From contig CAYVDH010000002.1 in assembly GCA_964450355.1 (NCBI GenBank), positions 1 through 59,635 of the forward strand: DNA of 59,635 nt, written 5' to 3'. The translations under genes and the position numbers were made by a program. This DNA is from an uncultured Flavobacteriaceae bacterium. Its GTDB lineage: Bacteria > Bacteroidota > Bacteroidia > NS11-12g > UBA955. Every line of letters starts with the position of its first letter. Positions within the stretch are counted from its first letter, which is position 1. The notes beneath the pieces are model-generated. The model did no database searches, was not told where the DNA came from, and saw nothing but the letters and a program-made list of their open reading frames with translations. Of the stretch, positions 9,906-21,000 are shown piece after piece.

Positions 9906-11573
9906 TTAATCCAATACCAATACCTTATCTAAATATACTTGATTTATCTTGATGATATACAATCCAGGGTATGTTAATTCAATTTCTGTATTTGGTTCAT
10001 TGATAAATGCATCATATACTTTTTTTCCGGTAAAATCATGTATTTCAACATGACCTAAGTATGTGTCTGATGACAAATTAAATTTTCCATTATTAGGGTT
10101 TGGATATAATTTAAATTCATGAATTTTAGTTACTGGATTTAAATTTGTTGTGGCTGTAGTATCATTATGTTTTAGGAAAAATTTTATTATTTTTTTATCA
10201 AAATCCGAACGTGAACAATGGCCAGCTCCTATTTGGTATATTACATTTTCAAGTGTTGCACTGATTTCAGGTGAATTGTTTTCTAGGTCGTTCCATTTAG
10301 GAATTTGTAATTTATTTCGGCTTAAAACTGTTGGAGAGAATTTAAAATAAACTTGACCACTTAATGAATCGGTATAAGTAACTCCTTTTGAAACAAAATC
10401 GTTGTACAATTGATTGGATTCTGTTGAATTAATTCCTTTAACTTGAGTAAATCTATAAGGGTGTATTGGGGATGTTGAAAAAGAATATTGTTCATTGTCA
10501 ACTCCTTTGTTTGTTAATACATTACAATAATCTGTAATCCAATCTTTAATAAGAAATTTATTCAAAGTGCTATCAAAATTATCTTTTTCTCCATATGAAA
10601 AAATTGTAGGTGTTTCATAATTGTATATTGGATCTTTTATCAAATTTTCAAGACCAGAGTTGCCAATACAAGCTGTAGCTTTATATTTAAATTTATGTGC
10701 TATTTGTTCAGCAAATGATGCCCCTGCTGAAAATCCTAAACTGAAAAAATTAGTTTGATCATTCGTATATCCAAATTCTTTTAATTTAACATGTACTTTA
10801 TGCATCATGTATATATCATATTGCTCTCTTACGTATTGTTGTAATTGAGCAATGGTTAGTCTTTCGTTTCTTATGTTTCTATACTCGACAGTAAATCTTA
10901 CAACGTCATCGTTATTTAAATCATAATTTAATGGATTTTTTTTATGTCTCATTCTTTCTTCACTCTGAGGTATTAAAACACCAAAATTTGCATTCAATAG
11001 GTGTTTAACACTTTCAAATCGTTCACTGCTATTCAGCCATCCGTCAGCCGAACCATTGGTCCAATGATAAAATTCAACAATGCCTTTCATGTTATTTGGA
11101 AAATAATAAAATAGTTCTCTATCTTCTAAAATTGTAGTTTGTAATCCTATGGTTGCTCCCGCAGGAGTGAGAGTAGTATCATAGCCATAATTCATAGTAC
11201 CATAAGTTGTAAATTGTGGTCCAATATTGACAATAACTGTATCCCCTGGAATGACTATTCTATTGAATCCAAAATTAGTTAAGGTAGGATTATAACCATT
11301 TATTTGACTATATGTTGCATTGACAATAACATCTTTATTAGGCATGGTGATGATGGTGTGCCATTCGTCTATTTGATCCATTTGAATAGGGATATTGGTT
11401 GTCCATTCATTGAAAACAACATTGTTATTAGGATTGCTTTCGCTGTATATATGTATCCTAGTTCCTGCTTTATAGTTGCCGCTACCATATCCATTTAATA
11501 CTGTTAGGTGGAATATTTGCGCTTGTGATAAATGGCAAAAAAGCATTAAAAAAAATAGGTGTATGTTTTTCAT
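9906..11573 (-). CDS. T9SS-secreted alpha/beta-hydrolase-like esterase (555 aa)
   Basis: Signal peptide MKNIHLFFLMLFCHLSQAQ. Nucleophile-elbow motif GFSAGASF. C-terminal Por/T9SS sorting domain (KLYPNPNNGKFNLS...GLYIIKINQ...VLVLD). Confidence 0.7.
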   Translation of the reverse strand: MKNIHLFFLMLFCHLSQAQIFHLTVLNGYGSGNYKAGTRIHIYSESNPNNNVVFNEWTTNIPIQMDQIDEWHTIITMPNKDVIVNATYSQINGYNPTLTNFGFNRIVIPGDTVIVNIGPQFTTYGTMNYGYDTTLTPAGATIGLQTTILEDRELFYYFPNNMKGIVEFYHWTNGSADGWLNSSERFESVKHLLNANFGVLIPQSEERMRHKKNPLNYDLNNDDVVRFTVEYRNIRNERLTIAQLQQYVREQYDIYMMHKVHVKLKEFGYTNDQTNFFSLGFSAGASFAEQIAHKFKYKATACIGNSGLENLIKDPIYNYETPTIFSYGEKDNFDSTLNKFLIKDWITDYCNVLTNKGVDNEQYSFSTSPIHPYRFTQVKGINSTESNQLYNDFVSKGVTYTDSLSGQVYFKFSPTVLSRNKLQIPKWNDLENNSPEISATLENVIYQIGAGHCSRSDFDKKIIKFFLKHNDTTATTNLNPVTKIHEFKLYPNPNNGKFNLSSDTYLGHVEIHDFTGKKVYDAFINEPNTEIELTYPGLYIIKINQVYLDKVLVLD

Positions 11574-13255
11574 TTTTGTACGATGATTTTTGAATTTGTA
11601 TTGTTTAATTTTAAAGTATAAATTCCATTGGATAATTGGCTAATATCAATGTAATTTTCGATTAAAACTCCTGTTAACACCTCTTGTCCTAATGAATTGA
11701 AGATGGTATAATCGGCATTTGAATTGAAGCCATTTACATTTAAAATAGTTGATACTGGATTAGGATAAACATTGTACATTATTTTGTTATCATTGTTTAT
11801 TAAAGAAGTATTATTTTGTTGAAACGCAAAGTTAATAATAAAACCTGATTTTGGAATATCTAATCTGTTATTGACAAGCAATTGATTTCTTAATAATAAA
11901 CTATCTTTAAATGCCCCACAAAGCATAATGTACTTCTCATTTACATCTAAATCAAAACTTTTAGTGTAAATATTGGATTGAAATTTATGTGCTGTTTCGA
12001 ATTTTCCATCATTGTCTAAATGCAAAAGAAAAGAGGTTGTTTTATCTTCTGAATTTAAATAAAAGGCACTTGATGGGCTTGCATCAAAGTCAATATTTCC
12101 TACAAAATCCCCTGAAATGAATATGCCTTTGTCGTTGCTAACTATTTTATTGGGTTCGTCTTTATATAATCCACCAATTTGATAATGCCATATGGTTTCT
12201 CCATTAGTATTTAATGCAACTATGAGAATGTCATAATTCCCATTGGAAGCCACTTCGGTCAGTTTACTGCTGTCTGTTTCAATATTATAAACATCATCTA
12301 AATAGAAGTTCAATAAAATTGCATTATTGTCACTTATAGTTAAATTTTCGCACCATGATTTATAAGTATTATTGTCTTTAAAATGTTTGTGCCATAAATA
12401 ATCCCCACTTGAAGTTAATTTTAATACAAACATGCCATTTTCATTTAAAGTTAAATTATTAATTGATGTACTTGGATCCAAATCTACAGTTCCATTTAAA
12501 TATCCAACTATAACTATGTCATTGTTTTGATCCAATTCAAAATCATAAAATTCACAATCTGAGTCGTTTTGTCCAAATGTTTTATACCAAATTAAGTTCA
12601 TGTTTTCATCGTATTGATTTATAAAGCTTTTATCTTTGGTGTTACTTCCATAGTTTAGTTGAGATTGAGGACCTAAATCAAAATCAATTGTACCTTTATA
12701 GTTACCAAATAATATTGGTTGATTTTGTGCATTGATTCTGATTTTTAAATAATTAATATCCTTGTTAACAACTATTTGTTTAACCCAAAGAATAGTTCCA
12801 GTTGAACTCAATTTAGCAACAAATCCATTAGGACTTTTTCCATGTTGTGAACATCTTAAAGAATCTTGAAAATTATTACCATAAAACAATGTAGTAATAA
12901 AAGTTCCTAAAATGTAAATGTTGTTATTGCTATCTGTACATATGTCTTGTAATGATAGATTGTATGAAGAAATTGCAAATAATTTAGTCCAGCTATTTAT
13001 TCCTGTTGAATTGATAGAACTTAAAGTCATTCCATAATTATTTATAAATTTAAAAGAATCTATTGGGTTAAAATATAAATTAACTTGATGTATATTAACC
13101 GATGCAAAAATGTAATTATTTTGTTTGTCAAAACTTCCTTTACTGTTATTTATGTTATTTGATATAAGTTGTAATCCCCATTTTTGATCAAAGTTTTGAG
13201 CAATTGTGAAATTATTTAAAATCAAATAAAAAATAATCAGATACCTGTATTTCAT
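11570..13255 (-). CDS. T9SS-secreted SBBP/beta-propeller-repeat protein (561 aa)
   Basis: 4-bp overlap with the downstream esterase gene, so the two likely form an operon. Signal peptide ..NNFTIAQ. Recurrent SBBP-like motif G.(Y/F).G.(I/V)DFD(L/P/A) (GNYKGTIDFDLGP, GYLNGTVDLDPS, GDFVGNIDFDASP). C-terminal sorting domain (VYPNPVSTILNVNG...GIYTLKLNN...IIVQK). Confidence 0.7.
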   Translation of the reverse strand: MKYRYLIIFYLILNNFTIAQNFDQKWGLQLISNNINNSKGSFDKQNNYIFASVNIHQVNLYFNPIDSFKFINNYGMTLSSINSTGINSWTKLFAISSYNLSLQDICTDSNNNIYILGTFITTLFYGNNFQDSLRCSQHGKSPNGFVAKLSSTGTILWVKQIVVNKDINYLKIRINAQNQPILFGNYKGTIDFDLGPQSQLNYGSNTKDKSFINQYDENMNLIWYKTFGQNDSDCEFYDFELDQNNDIVIVGYLNGTVDLDPSTSINNLTLNENGMFVLKLTSSGDYLWHKHFKDNNTYKSWCENLTISDNNAILLNFYLDDVYNIETDSSKLTEVASNGNYDILIVALNTNGETIWHYQIGGLYKDEPNKIVSNDKGIFISGDFVGNIDFDASPSSAFYLNSEDKTTSFLLHLDNDGKFETAHKFQSNIYTKSFDLDVNEKYIMLCGAFKDSLLLRNQLLVNNRLDIPKSGFIINFAFQQNNTSLINNDNKIMYNVYPNPVSTILNVNGFNSNADYTIFNSLGQEVLTGVLIENYIDISQLSNGIYTLKLNNTNSKIIVQK

Positions 13256-13343
13256 ATTGGCAAATTTCAGTTATTTTTATCCTCATTGAAATACCCATTT
13301 ATGGTGATTGTTTCTATTTTTAGATGGCTTTATTTTTGAAGAC

Positions 13344-14846
13344 ATGAAACTAAACTTTTACTTTATTTTGTTCGTCATGGTTATTATTGGCTCATGTAAA
13401 AAAGAAAAAAACAGCAATGTAACACCGACAAATAACAATAATGATTCTACAGAAGTATTAGACACCATTCAAGAAACTGGTGGTGCTGCTGAACCTATTG
13501 CTGAACTGAACTCAACTCCTGAATTAGTATTGGCTTATGTCAGTAGTTTTCCAACCAATAAAGTACTAGACATGCCACCTGCTAAAAGTCAAGGAGGACA
13601 AGGCAGCTGTGGAGCTTGGGCAACAGTGTATTATTTACACTCTTATTTAAAACACCAAGCTGAAAATACCAATTATTATTTGCCAAATGGAAAAGATAAT
13701 AATGCTGTATTAATGAGCCCTAGTTACACCTTTAATCAAATGAAAAAAGGCGATTGTGATGGAGGTTCTGGCGCAATTGTTCATTTGTCGTACATGAAAA
13801 ATCAAGGTGTTTGTAGTTTAGATGACATGCCTTACACTTCCCCTAGTTGTGCATTACAACCTAATGCAGCTCAAAGGGCTGCAGCAGCTAACAACAAAAT
13901 TTCACAATATTTTAAAATCAATAGGCATAATGAAAATTTAATGAAAACTTTAATTAACTTAGAAATGCCTATTGTCATGGCAATAAAAGCAGATCAAGCT
14001 TTACACAATCTCGATGCTAGTAATGTTTGGATTCCTAATGGTATAAGTCCTGGCGGACACATGGTAACCATGTGCGGATACAGTGCTCAAGGCTATACAT
14101 TCATTAATTCATGGGGAAAAAAATGGGGGAATGATGGCAAATTTTATATTCCATACAATGAATACAATAAATTTCCTAAAGATGGAGGATTTGTTGCATT
14201 TTGGGCATCTAATCCTGCTTTAGATAATTTAAATAACAACAAAGTTTCAGAATATTTATTAAATGGCAACGCCCAAAATTCATCAACAGGAACCAACGGC
14301 ACACCAAACAATGTGAGTGGTGGTAATAACCGTAAAGGAAATAGCAATTCAGCAGTTGTATTGAATGGAACCAACAGCTATATAGACATTAATGAAAATT
14401 TTGCTGCTAATTTTTCAGTCAGTTTGTGGTTTAATAAAACCAGTGGAAGCAATAAACAAACCATTTTCTCTCAAGTAAATCAACAAAATGATGCAAATAA
14501 AAACATTGAAGTTTACATTGAAGATGATTCATTGGTTATAGATTTACCATCGGATGGTAAAAGATTTTTATTAAAAACTGATACAACCCTTAGTAATGCC
14601 AGTTGGTACCACTTGGTATTTACATTTGACGGCAAATTTTTAAGGTTTTATTTAAATGGTAAAGCCATCAAATTTGCAGTTTACATGAATTATTTCAAAA
14701 ACATGAATACATCTGCTACAATTGGGTGTACTTTAGCAAATTCCAGCGGAACAAAATCTAATTTTTTTAATGGGAAAATCGATGATATAAAAATATATTC
14801 AAGATCAATCAAAGAAACAGAAGTAGATAAATTATTTTTAGAATAA
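13344..14846 (+). CDS. Papain-like (C1 family) cysteine peptidase fused to a LamG/concanavalin-A-like domain; lipoprotein
   Basis: Catalytic motifs are QGSCGAWATVYY (Cys), GGHMVTMCGY (His) and NSWGKKWGNDGKFYIPY (Asn-Ser-Trp). The C-terminal LamG-like part contains FSVSLWF..WYHLVFTFDG..LRFYLNG..FNGKIDDIKIYSRSI. I prefer the ATG at 13344 (MKLNFYFILFVMVIIGSCKKE, a lipobox-like GSC) over the upstream non-ATG start at 13308 in the ORF track. Confidence 0.8.
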   Translation: MKLNFYFILFVMVIIGSCKKEKNSNVTPTNNNNDSTEVLDTIQETGGAAEPIAELNSTPELVLAYVSSFPTNKVLDMPPAKSQGGQGSCGAWATVYYLHSYLKHQAENTNYYLPNGKDNNAVLMSPSYTFNQMKKGDCDGGSGAIVHLSYMKNQGVCSLDDMPYTSPSCALQPNAAQRAAAANNKISQYFKINRHNENLMKTLINLEMPIVMAIKADQALHNLDASNVWIPNGISPGGHMVTMCGYSAQGYTFINSWGKKWGNDGKFYIPYNEYNKFPKDGGFVAFWASNPALDNLNNNKVSEYLLNGNAQNSSTGTNGTPNNVSGGNNRKGNSNSAVVLNGTNSYIDINENFAANFSVSLWFNKTSGSNKQTIFSQVNQQNDANKNIEVYIEDDSLVIDLPSDGKRFLLKTDTTLSNASWYHLVFTFDGKFLRFYLNGKAIKFAVYMNYFKNMNTSATIGCTLANSSGTKSNFFNGKIDDIKIYSRSIKETEVDKLFLE

Positions 14847-14866
14847 AGGAAGTTTTTATCCTTTTT
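14845..14866 (+). terminator. Weak candidate intrinsic terminator after the C1 peptidase gene
   Basis: aaagga / tccttt 6-bp stem with an 8-nt loop. It overlaps the TAA stop and is followed by a T-rich tract (ttctaatttttt). Confidence 0.3.
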
Positions 14867-14883
14867 CTAATTTTTTATTACAT

Positions 14884-15657
14884 TTGCCTTGTTTGAAACA
14901 AGGTTATAGCGATTTTATTGCTGAAATTAAAGGTCAATTTATTGACAAACAAATCCCTGATTTAGAAGAAATTATTTCTAATTTGAAGGGAATTACAGAA
15001 CTTGGACCTGTTTTAAATTCTTGTTTTTTTATTTTGGATTATAGAACTGAAGAATTACTTTTTCAGAGTTCAAATTATGAAGAAATAACAGGTTATAATC
15101 CAATCGAAATTTCTCATTCAAATTTTTTAAACTTATTTCATCCTACTGACAAAAAAATTATCACAGAAATTGTTTATTCAGAAGGAAGCAAAGCTGGAAA
15201 AAAAATTCCATTGTTTTTTTTAAAAAAAATGAAGGTTAGTTTTAATTTTCGTTTTCTACAAAAAGACGGTTCTTATAAGAAATTAAAAATGCAATTTAAA
15301 ACGTTATTGTATGATGAAAATAAGCAACCCTTAGTCATCATGGGAACAAATTTAATTTACGAAAACCCAAGCAATGACATTGTAAGCGAAGTAAGTTATC
15401 GTGGGCCATTTGGAAAAAACATAATTGTTTATAAAAAGATATTCCCTGTGAATGATTTAGAGTCATCCATTTTAACTCCTAAAGAACTAGAAATTGTCAA
15501 ATTAGTGAGTGAAGGTTTATCCTCAAAAGAAATCGCGAATAAAACAGGCAAAAGCATTGAAACAGTGAATACACAACGTAAAAACATCATCGGTAAAACT
15601 GGTACACAAAGCATGACAGACGTGGTGGTATTGGCTATAAAAAATAAATGGATTTAA
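14884..15657 (+). CDS. PAS-like sensor + LuxR/GerE-type HTH transcriptional regulator (257 aa as drawn; start codon uncertain)
   Basis: C-terminal LuxR HTH: LTPKELEIVKLVSEGLSSKEIANKTGKSIETVNTQRKNIIGKTGTQSMTDVV. The N-terminal part is PAS-like (FILDYRTEELLFQSSNYEEITGYNPIEI). The ORF has no early ATG. The TTG at 14884 is assumed, and a 17-nt palindrome sits at codons 2-7. Confidence 0.7.
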   Translation: MPCLKQGYSDFIAEIKGQFIDKQIPDLEEIISNLKGITELGPVLNSCFFILDYRTEELLFQSSNYEEITGYNPIEISHSNFLNLFHPTDKKIITEIVYSEGSKAGKKIPLFFLKKMKVSFNFRFLQKDGSYKKLKMQFKTLLYDENKQPLVIMGTNLIYENPSNDIVSEVSYRGPFGKNIIVYKKIFPVNDLESSILTPKELEIVKLVSEGLSSKEIANKTGKSIETVNTQRKNIIGKTGTQSMTDVVVLAIKNKWI

Positions 15658-15717
15658 GAATCCCATTAGAAATAAAATCAAAAATTTGGTGATTTCCTGA
15701 TTTATTATTTTTAATTC

Positions 15718-15783
15718 GTTTGAATAGGCTTATTGATAAATTTTGTTGTACCATAACAAAATAAGGCTTATTCAAACTTTTTT
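15718..15783 (+). terminator. Long imperfect hairpin + T-run; likely intrinsic terminator of the LuxR-family gene
   Basis: gtttgaata (15718-15726) pairs with tattcaaac (15769-15777). There are further inner pairs (ttatt/aataa, ttttgtt/aacaaaa). tttttt follows immediately. Confidence 0.5.
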
Positions 15784-15915
15784 GTAAAAAGTTTGGGGTA
15801 GTTTTAAATTGATATAAATAAGTATTTGCACATGTCCAAAATAAAATTACATTTGTACAGTTTTCATGAATTAAATATCAATGTTATATTAAATTCATTT
15901 AAATTTTGTATCACT

Positions 15916-18003
15916 ATGAAAAATATTACACCTTGTATTTTCATTGTTATAATTTTAAATTGTTATAATTCAATTTACTGCCAAAACCGAGTTGGGACAT
16001 ATCTTTTCAGTGATTCAGCATTAGATAATTATGGCAACGGCATAGCTATTTCTGGCAATGGACAAAGTATAGCAATTGGTGTCCCTGATTTTGCTACAAA
16101 TTTGAATAAAGGCATGGTTAAGGTATTTGATAATGTGAGTGGAAATTGGGTACAAAAGGGTAATAGTATAGAGGGATCGAATTATGAAAGGTTTGGGTTT
16201 TCAGTCGCTATGTCTTATGATGGTAATACGATTGCCTCAAGTGCCATAGGAAGCAATGCAGGTGGAGCCTGTAGTAATTGTGGTGTAACAAGGGTCTATG
16301 TCTGGAATGGAACTTCTTGGAATCAAATAGGAAACGATATTCAAGGGGAAACTAATGATGAATTTTCAGGGAGTAAAATTGCTATTTCTGATGATGGAAA
16401 AAGAATCATCATTGGTTCACCAACATATTCAGCACCTAGTTTTGAAAGTAATGGTTGTGCAAGGGTTTATGAATTAATTTCCAATAATTGGGTAAAAATG
16501 GGAGCTACTTTGGGTGGTAAAAGTTATAACAAATTTTTTGGAGCATCAGTTAGCATCAATTATAACGGCACTATAGTCGGTATTTCAGATCCTAGAGAAA
16601 ATGATGGGGCTACTTATCAAGGTGTAATTAGAACATATAAATGGGATGCTGTAAACAGCGATTGGAGCACTTTGGGAGATTCTATTTTAGGTAATATAAA
16701 TGCTAATTTTGGTAACAACATTTCTCTAGCTTCTAAAGTCAATGAAATGGCTGTAAGTTTAAATTTTTTCAGTAGTTCTGGATTTGTGGATAATGGTGCT
16801 GTTAATATTTATCAACTCAAAGGTGGAAATTGGGTTTTAAAAGGCAATCCAATTATAGGTGATAGAGATTCGCTTTATTTTGGCCATAGTGTCTCATTAA
16901 ATGATGATGGAAACAAATTGATTGTTGGAACAATTACTGATACAAATGGAACAAATACTGGCTATGCTCAAGCCTACAATTGGGATGGCAATAATTGGGT
17001 TGCTTATGGCAATAAAATATTGGGAGAAAAAAAGGATGATAATTTCGGTCAAGATGTAGTTATCAACAAAAATGGTCACATGGTTATTATTCATGCCAAT
17101 TCACAAGGAAGGGGAGATAGTGTTGGTTATGTTTGTGTGTATGAATATTGCAAAAATTCAAGAAATACTATAAGGGATTCTATTTGTGCTTCCTTACTTC
17201 CCTATACTTGGCAGGGAGTTGTTTTTACTCAAAGTGACACCCAAGATGTTGTCTTAACTAATTCACAAGGTTGTGATAGCATTCTCACATTAATACTAAA
17301 AGTGAAACCAACTAGAAATACAAGTTTTTCACGTACTTCATGTGGATACTATCAATGGAATGATTCTACTTATTACGTTAGTGGAATATATCAACAATAT
17401 TTTACAAGCTCAGATGGTTGCGATTCTATAATTAGTTTGAATTTAACGGTGGTAAACAACAATATAGATGCTAATTTTGCTGCATCTACACAGCTTTTTT
17501 CTAATAATTTGGTTAGAATAGTAAACATCAGTAATGCCCGAACAGATAGTGTTAGATGGGTTTTGCCAAACCATGCAGGTATTACCGTTTTAAGACAAAA
17601 CAAAAATTTTATTGAATTAAAATTCAAAGATTCTGGAACTTATCAGTTTGGTATGGTAAACAATAATTCCATTTGTGAAAAGGAGATTTTTAAAGAATTA
17701 TATGTCTATCCACACGATTCTATGGCTTATCTACCCAGCAACTTTGGACCATTTATAAGAAATTTTGAAATTTTCCCAAATCCAAGTATCGGCACTTTTA
17801 CTTGTCTTGTAGAATTAAGTAATGTTAGTGATATCCATATGCGTATAGTGGCAATAGACAATTATGCGGTTTTTGATGATCGAACCTTTACAGGTGATTT
17901 TCTATATGAAGTGCCATACAATTTGTCTATTAATCCTGGAGTATATTTGCTTATTCTTGATACAAGTCAAGGCTCCTTGATTCAAAAAATTATCATCAAT
18001 TAA
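15916..18003 (+). CDS. T9SS-secreted FG-GAP-like beta-propeller repeat protein with Cys-rich repeats
   Basis: Preferred start is M31 of the ORF (MKNITPCIFIVIILNCYNSIYCQ is a signal peptide). Repeats of the FG.S(V/I)...DG type occur (FGFSVAMSYDGNTIA, FGASVSINYNGTIV, FGHSVSLNDDGNKLIV, FGQDVVINKNGHMVI). Duplicated Cys module (..YTWQGVVF..SQGCDSILTLIL / ..YQWNDSTYY..SDGCDSIISLNL). C-terminal sorting domain (IFPNPSIGTFTC...GVYLLILDT...IIIN). It ends 18 bp before the next giant gene. Confidence 0.7.
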   Translation: MKNITPCIFIVIILNCYNSIYCQNRVGTYLFSDSALDNYGNGIAISGNGQSIAIGVPDFATNLNKGMVKVFDNVSGNWVQKGNSIEGSNYERFGFSVAMSYDGNTIASSAIGSNAGGACSNCGVTRVYVWNGTSWNQIGNDIQGETNDEFSGSKIAISDDGKRIIIGSPTYSAPSFESNGCARVYELISNNWVKMGATLGGKSYNKFFGASVSINYNGTIVGISDPRENDGATYQGVIRTYKWDAVNSDWSTLGDSILGNINANFGNNISLASKVNEMAVSLNFFSSSGFVDNGAVNIYQLKGGNWVLKGNPIIGDRDSLYFGHSVSLNDDGNKLIVGTITDTNGTNTGYAQAYNWDGNNWVAYGNKILGEKKDDNFGQDVVINKNGHMVIIHANSQGRGDSVGYVCVYEYCKNSRNTIRDSICASLLPYTWQGVVFTQSDTQDVVLTNSQGCDSILTLILKVKPTRNTSFSRTSCGYYQWNDSTYYVSGIYQQYFTSSDGCDSIISLNLTVVNNNIDANFAASTQLFSNNLVRIVNISNARTDSVRWVLPNHAGITVLRQNKNFIELKFKDSGTYQFGMVNNNSICEKEIFKELYVYPHDSMAYLPSNFGPFIRNFEIFPNPSIGTFTCLVELSNVSDIHMRIVAIDNYAVFDDRTFTGDFLYEVPYNLSINPGVYLLILDTSQGSLIQKIIIN

Positions 18004-18021
18004 CTATCAATCATTAACTGC

Positions 18022-21000
18022 ATGAAAAATAGATTGAAAAATAGATTACTTGTGTTAGTTGTATTGACTTATGGCTTAAATGCCAAGGCACAATTTCCTG
18101 TGCAGGTAATGACTCAATTAGTTGCTCCCTACAGCTTGAAACTGACGGATTATTATTTGAGCAGTACTCCAAAACTATATGTGACACTTACAAATCGCGA
18201 TTTTACCAACCCTAATCTTTCGGTAAAACTGAACCTAAAAATTGTGGGTAATAATGTAGAAATCAAATCAAACCCCAATGCTGTTTATACACCTATTGAA
18301 TTAATAGCAGGTGTTCCTCAGAGAATGTATTCGGTTGATATATCACAATATTTCGACCTTAATAATTTACTTTTTTCTGGCTTAACCAAAGAACAATATT
18401 TGACTACAGGAAAATTACCCGAAGGGCTTTATTATTTCTGTTTTTCTGTGTATGATGCAAATACAAATGAATTGCTAAGTGCACCCGAACAATGCGCTGT
18501 GGCTTGGATTTCGTTGGGAGACCCCCCAATTTTAAACTTACCTCAGAACAATTCGGAAGTGAGTGCAAGAGAACCCACAAACATTGTTTTTAACTGGTCT
18601 CCTCGACATCTCAACAGCCCAAATGCAGCTAGCAACACTGAATACGAGTTTCAATTGGTAGAATTGTTGGATAATTATGTTGATCCTAATGCTGGTTTTC
18701 AATCTTCAAAAATACTATACTCTACTACCACCAGATATACGAATCTGATTTATGGACCTGCTCAACCACAATTGATAAAAGGGAAAAGATACGCCTGGAG
18801 AGTTCAAGTAAAACCCATTTCAAAGGCGCAAGAATTTGATGAATATAGAAACAATGGTTTTAGCGATGTTTATTCATTTACTTATACGGAATATTGTCAA
18901 CCCATTCTCAGATTGCAGGCTAATGTTTCAGACCAAGAAGTAAGCTTTTCTTGGGCTCCAATTCAAAACGTGAGTTCATATTTTCTGCATTATCAGTTAT
19001 CTGACAGTCACGAAGACAGTTTGAATATTAGCAACCAAACATCAGCTTCTTTAACAAAGTTAGTAGCAAATGGAAAATATGTTTATTGGCTTACTTACAC
19101 TTGTAGTAGCGGTGTTTTAATTCAATCAGGTAAACAAAAATTTACTGTCCCTTCTACATTTAAAGTCAATGGCGAAAAACCGAGTAACCTTTGCCAACAG
19201 AATAAAAAAAACCTTACAGGAAATGTTTTTGTTTCCTATTATAACAATGGTTTAGAAATTAATTCTAGCAACCAATCAATATTAGTAAATTCTTATTCAG
19301 AATACAAAAAAGAGGCATTCAACTACAATGAAAATGTCAATACAAAGCTTCCTTTTGAAGGTGCGGAGGTTAATTTATTTCATTTAAAAAATGGAGTGGA
19401 AAAATTAATAGAAAAAGTAAGTACCGATATAAACGGTAAGTTTTCAATGAATGTTCAGCTTGAAACCTGCGACTTAGCCAATTATTATTTCAAAATAAAT
19501 GACTTGTCGGGAATGGTGAATGAAACCCAAATTTCATTGGATTCAACCAAACTGATTGGACAAACAATCTATACAGAAGCAATTCTATTTTTAAAGAGTT
19601 TTGAAATTAAACCTACAATTTTTTCACCCTATTCATCTTCTACTGAAAAAACTTATTTGGAAGTATGGCTTTCAAAATTGGATTGGGATAAAATGTATAT
19701 GCCCCTTGCCAAGGTATTGCAGGTAAATGATGCTACCAAAATGAGGTATAACAATAATGAGTATGTTTTAATAGATGTGATAAAGAATGGAGGTACCTAT
19801 AAAAAACTGCTTCAGAATCTCAACAATTCCAATGGTTATTTGTTCAAAACAGTGATTAAAGATATAGGTGAAAATACTGAAGTGATAGAGCCTATTAAAG
19901 ATTACACATATATAAGCAAGTGTTTTAAAACACAATTATACCAAACCTTTAAAGGGAAAATTACTTTTAAAAACAAACCTGTATCGCAAGCAGTTGTTTC
20001 TTTGTTGATTGAAAATCCAAACGATTTTTACAATAAAAATGTTGCACAAAATGAAACAACTATTTTATCGAATAACAATGGTTTTAAAACCATAAATTAT
20101 TTCTCCAATAACGATGGTGAATTTACCATAAACATTCCAAGATTACTTGAAAATGCTGTGGTAAAAATCAAAGTTGAATATTTCCAAGCAAACCCTGATT
20201 CGTACATCCAAGAAGTTAGAACAAGCAAGAGTTTGGTTTATACCACTGATATTGATTTAAAGATAAAATACTATTCTTATATAGGTTTTGTTGGTAAAAA
20301 TGTAGGCAATGAAATTACCCCAATTGCCAATGCCTTAGTGGCGTTAAGCAACAGCAATATCACTACAAAAACAAGTCAATACGGATATTTTGTTATTAGT
20401 TCTACTCAGAAATTAAATGGCAGCCTTACCATTAGCAATGATGGTTTTGAAAATCAAACTATAAATGTGTCATCCTTGCAGGTAGTTCCAATCAATTACA
20501 ATAACAATCTTTCTATTGAACAAGATTGGGCAGATGCTATTTCTAAATTGCCCATTATTATTAATTTTACCAATCAAAATCCTACACTAAAGAACAACTC
20601 CGAGCTATTTGGTAAAACGACAGGCATTTTGGCAAACACATACAATTACGAAGTAAATGTAATTTCTCAACAAATAGATGCAATAGTCAATGTTAATCCT
20701 ATAACCCTGACACCAAACAAAAACAGCAAAGTACCTGTCGAATTTTCAGTAAAATACAAAAACAACTTAATTGCACTTCCAATTTCATTGCAAGAAATTA
20801 ATTCAAACTCCAACAATCCAACAACACAAATTTATACGGAAGATGGTAAACACAACACTATATATTTAGCTGCAAACACCAATTACAATTTGAGTATTCG
20901 TTCATTTTCCAACTACATATTTAAGCCAATAAATAGCAATTTTAAAACAGTACAGCTGGGAAATAATTTGGTTCAAAAAATTGAAATTGTTTTGGAGCCT

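Noticed and set aside
13308-13343. Upstream non-ATG start for the C1 peptidase (ORF track start 13308), and likewise 15826 for the FG-GAP protein, 36415 for rimP and 39211 for leuS
   Set aside because: In each case an internal ATG gives a canonical N-terminus: a signal peptide, lipobox or conserved family start. For rimP the extension would also translate the leader hairpin. The extensions are probably read-through of upstream non-coding sequence.
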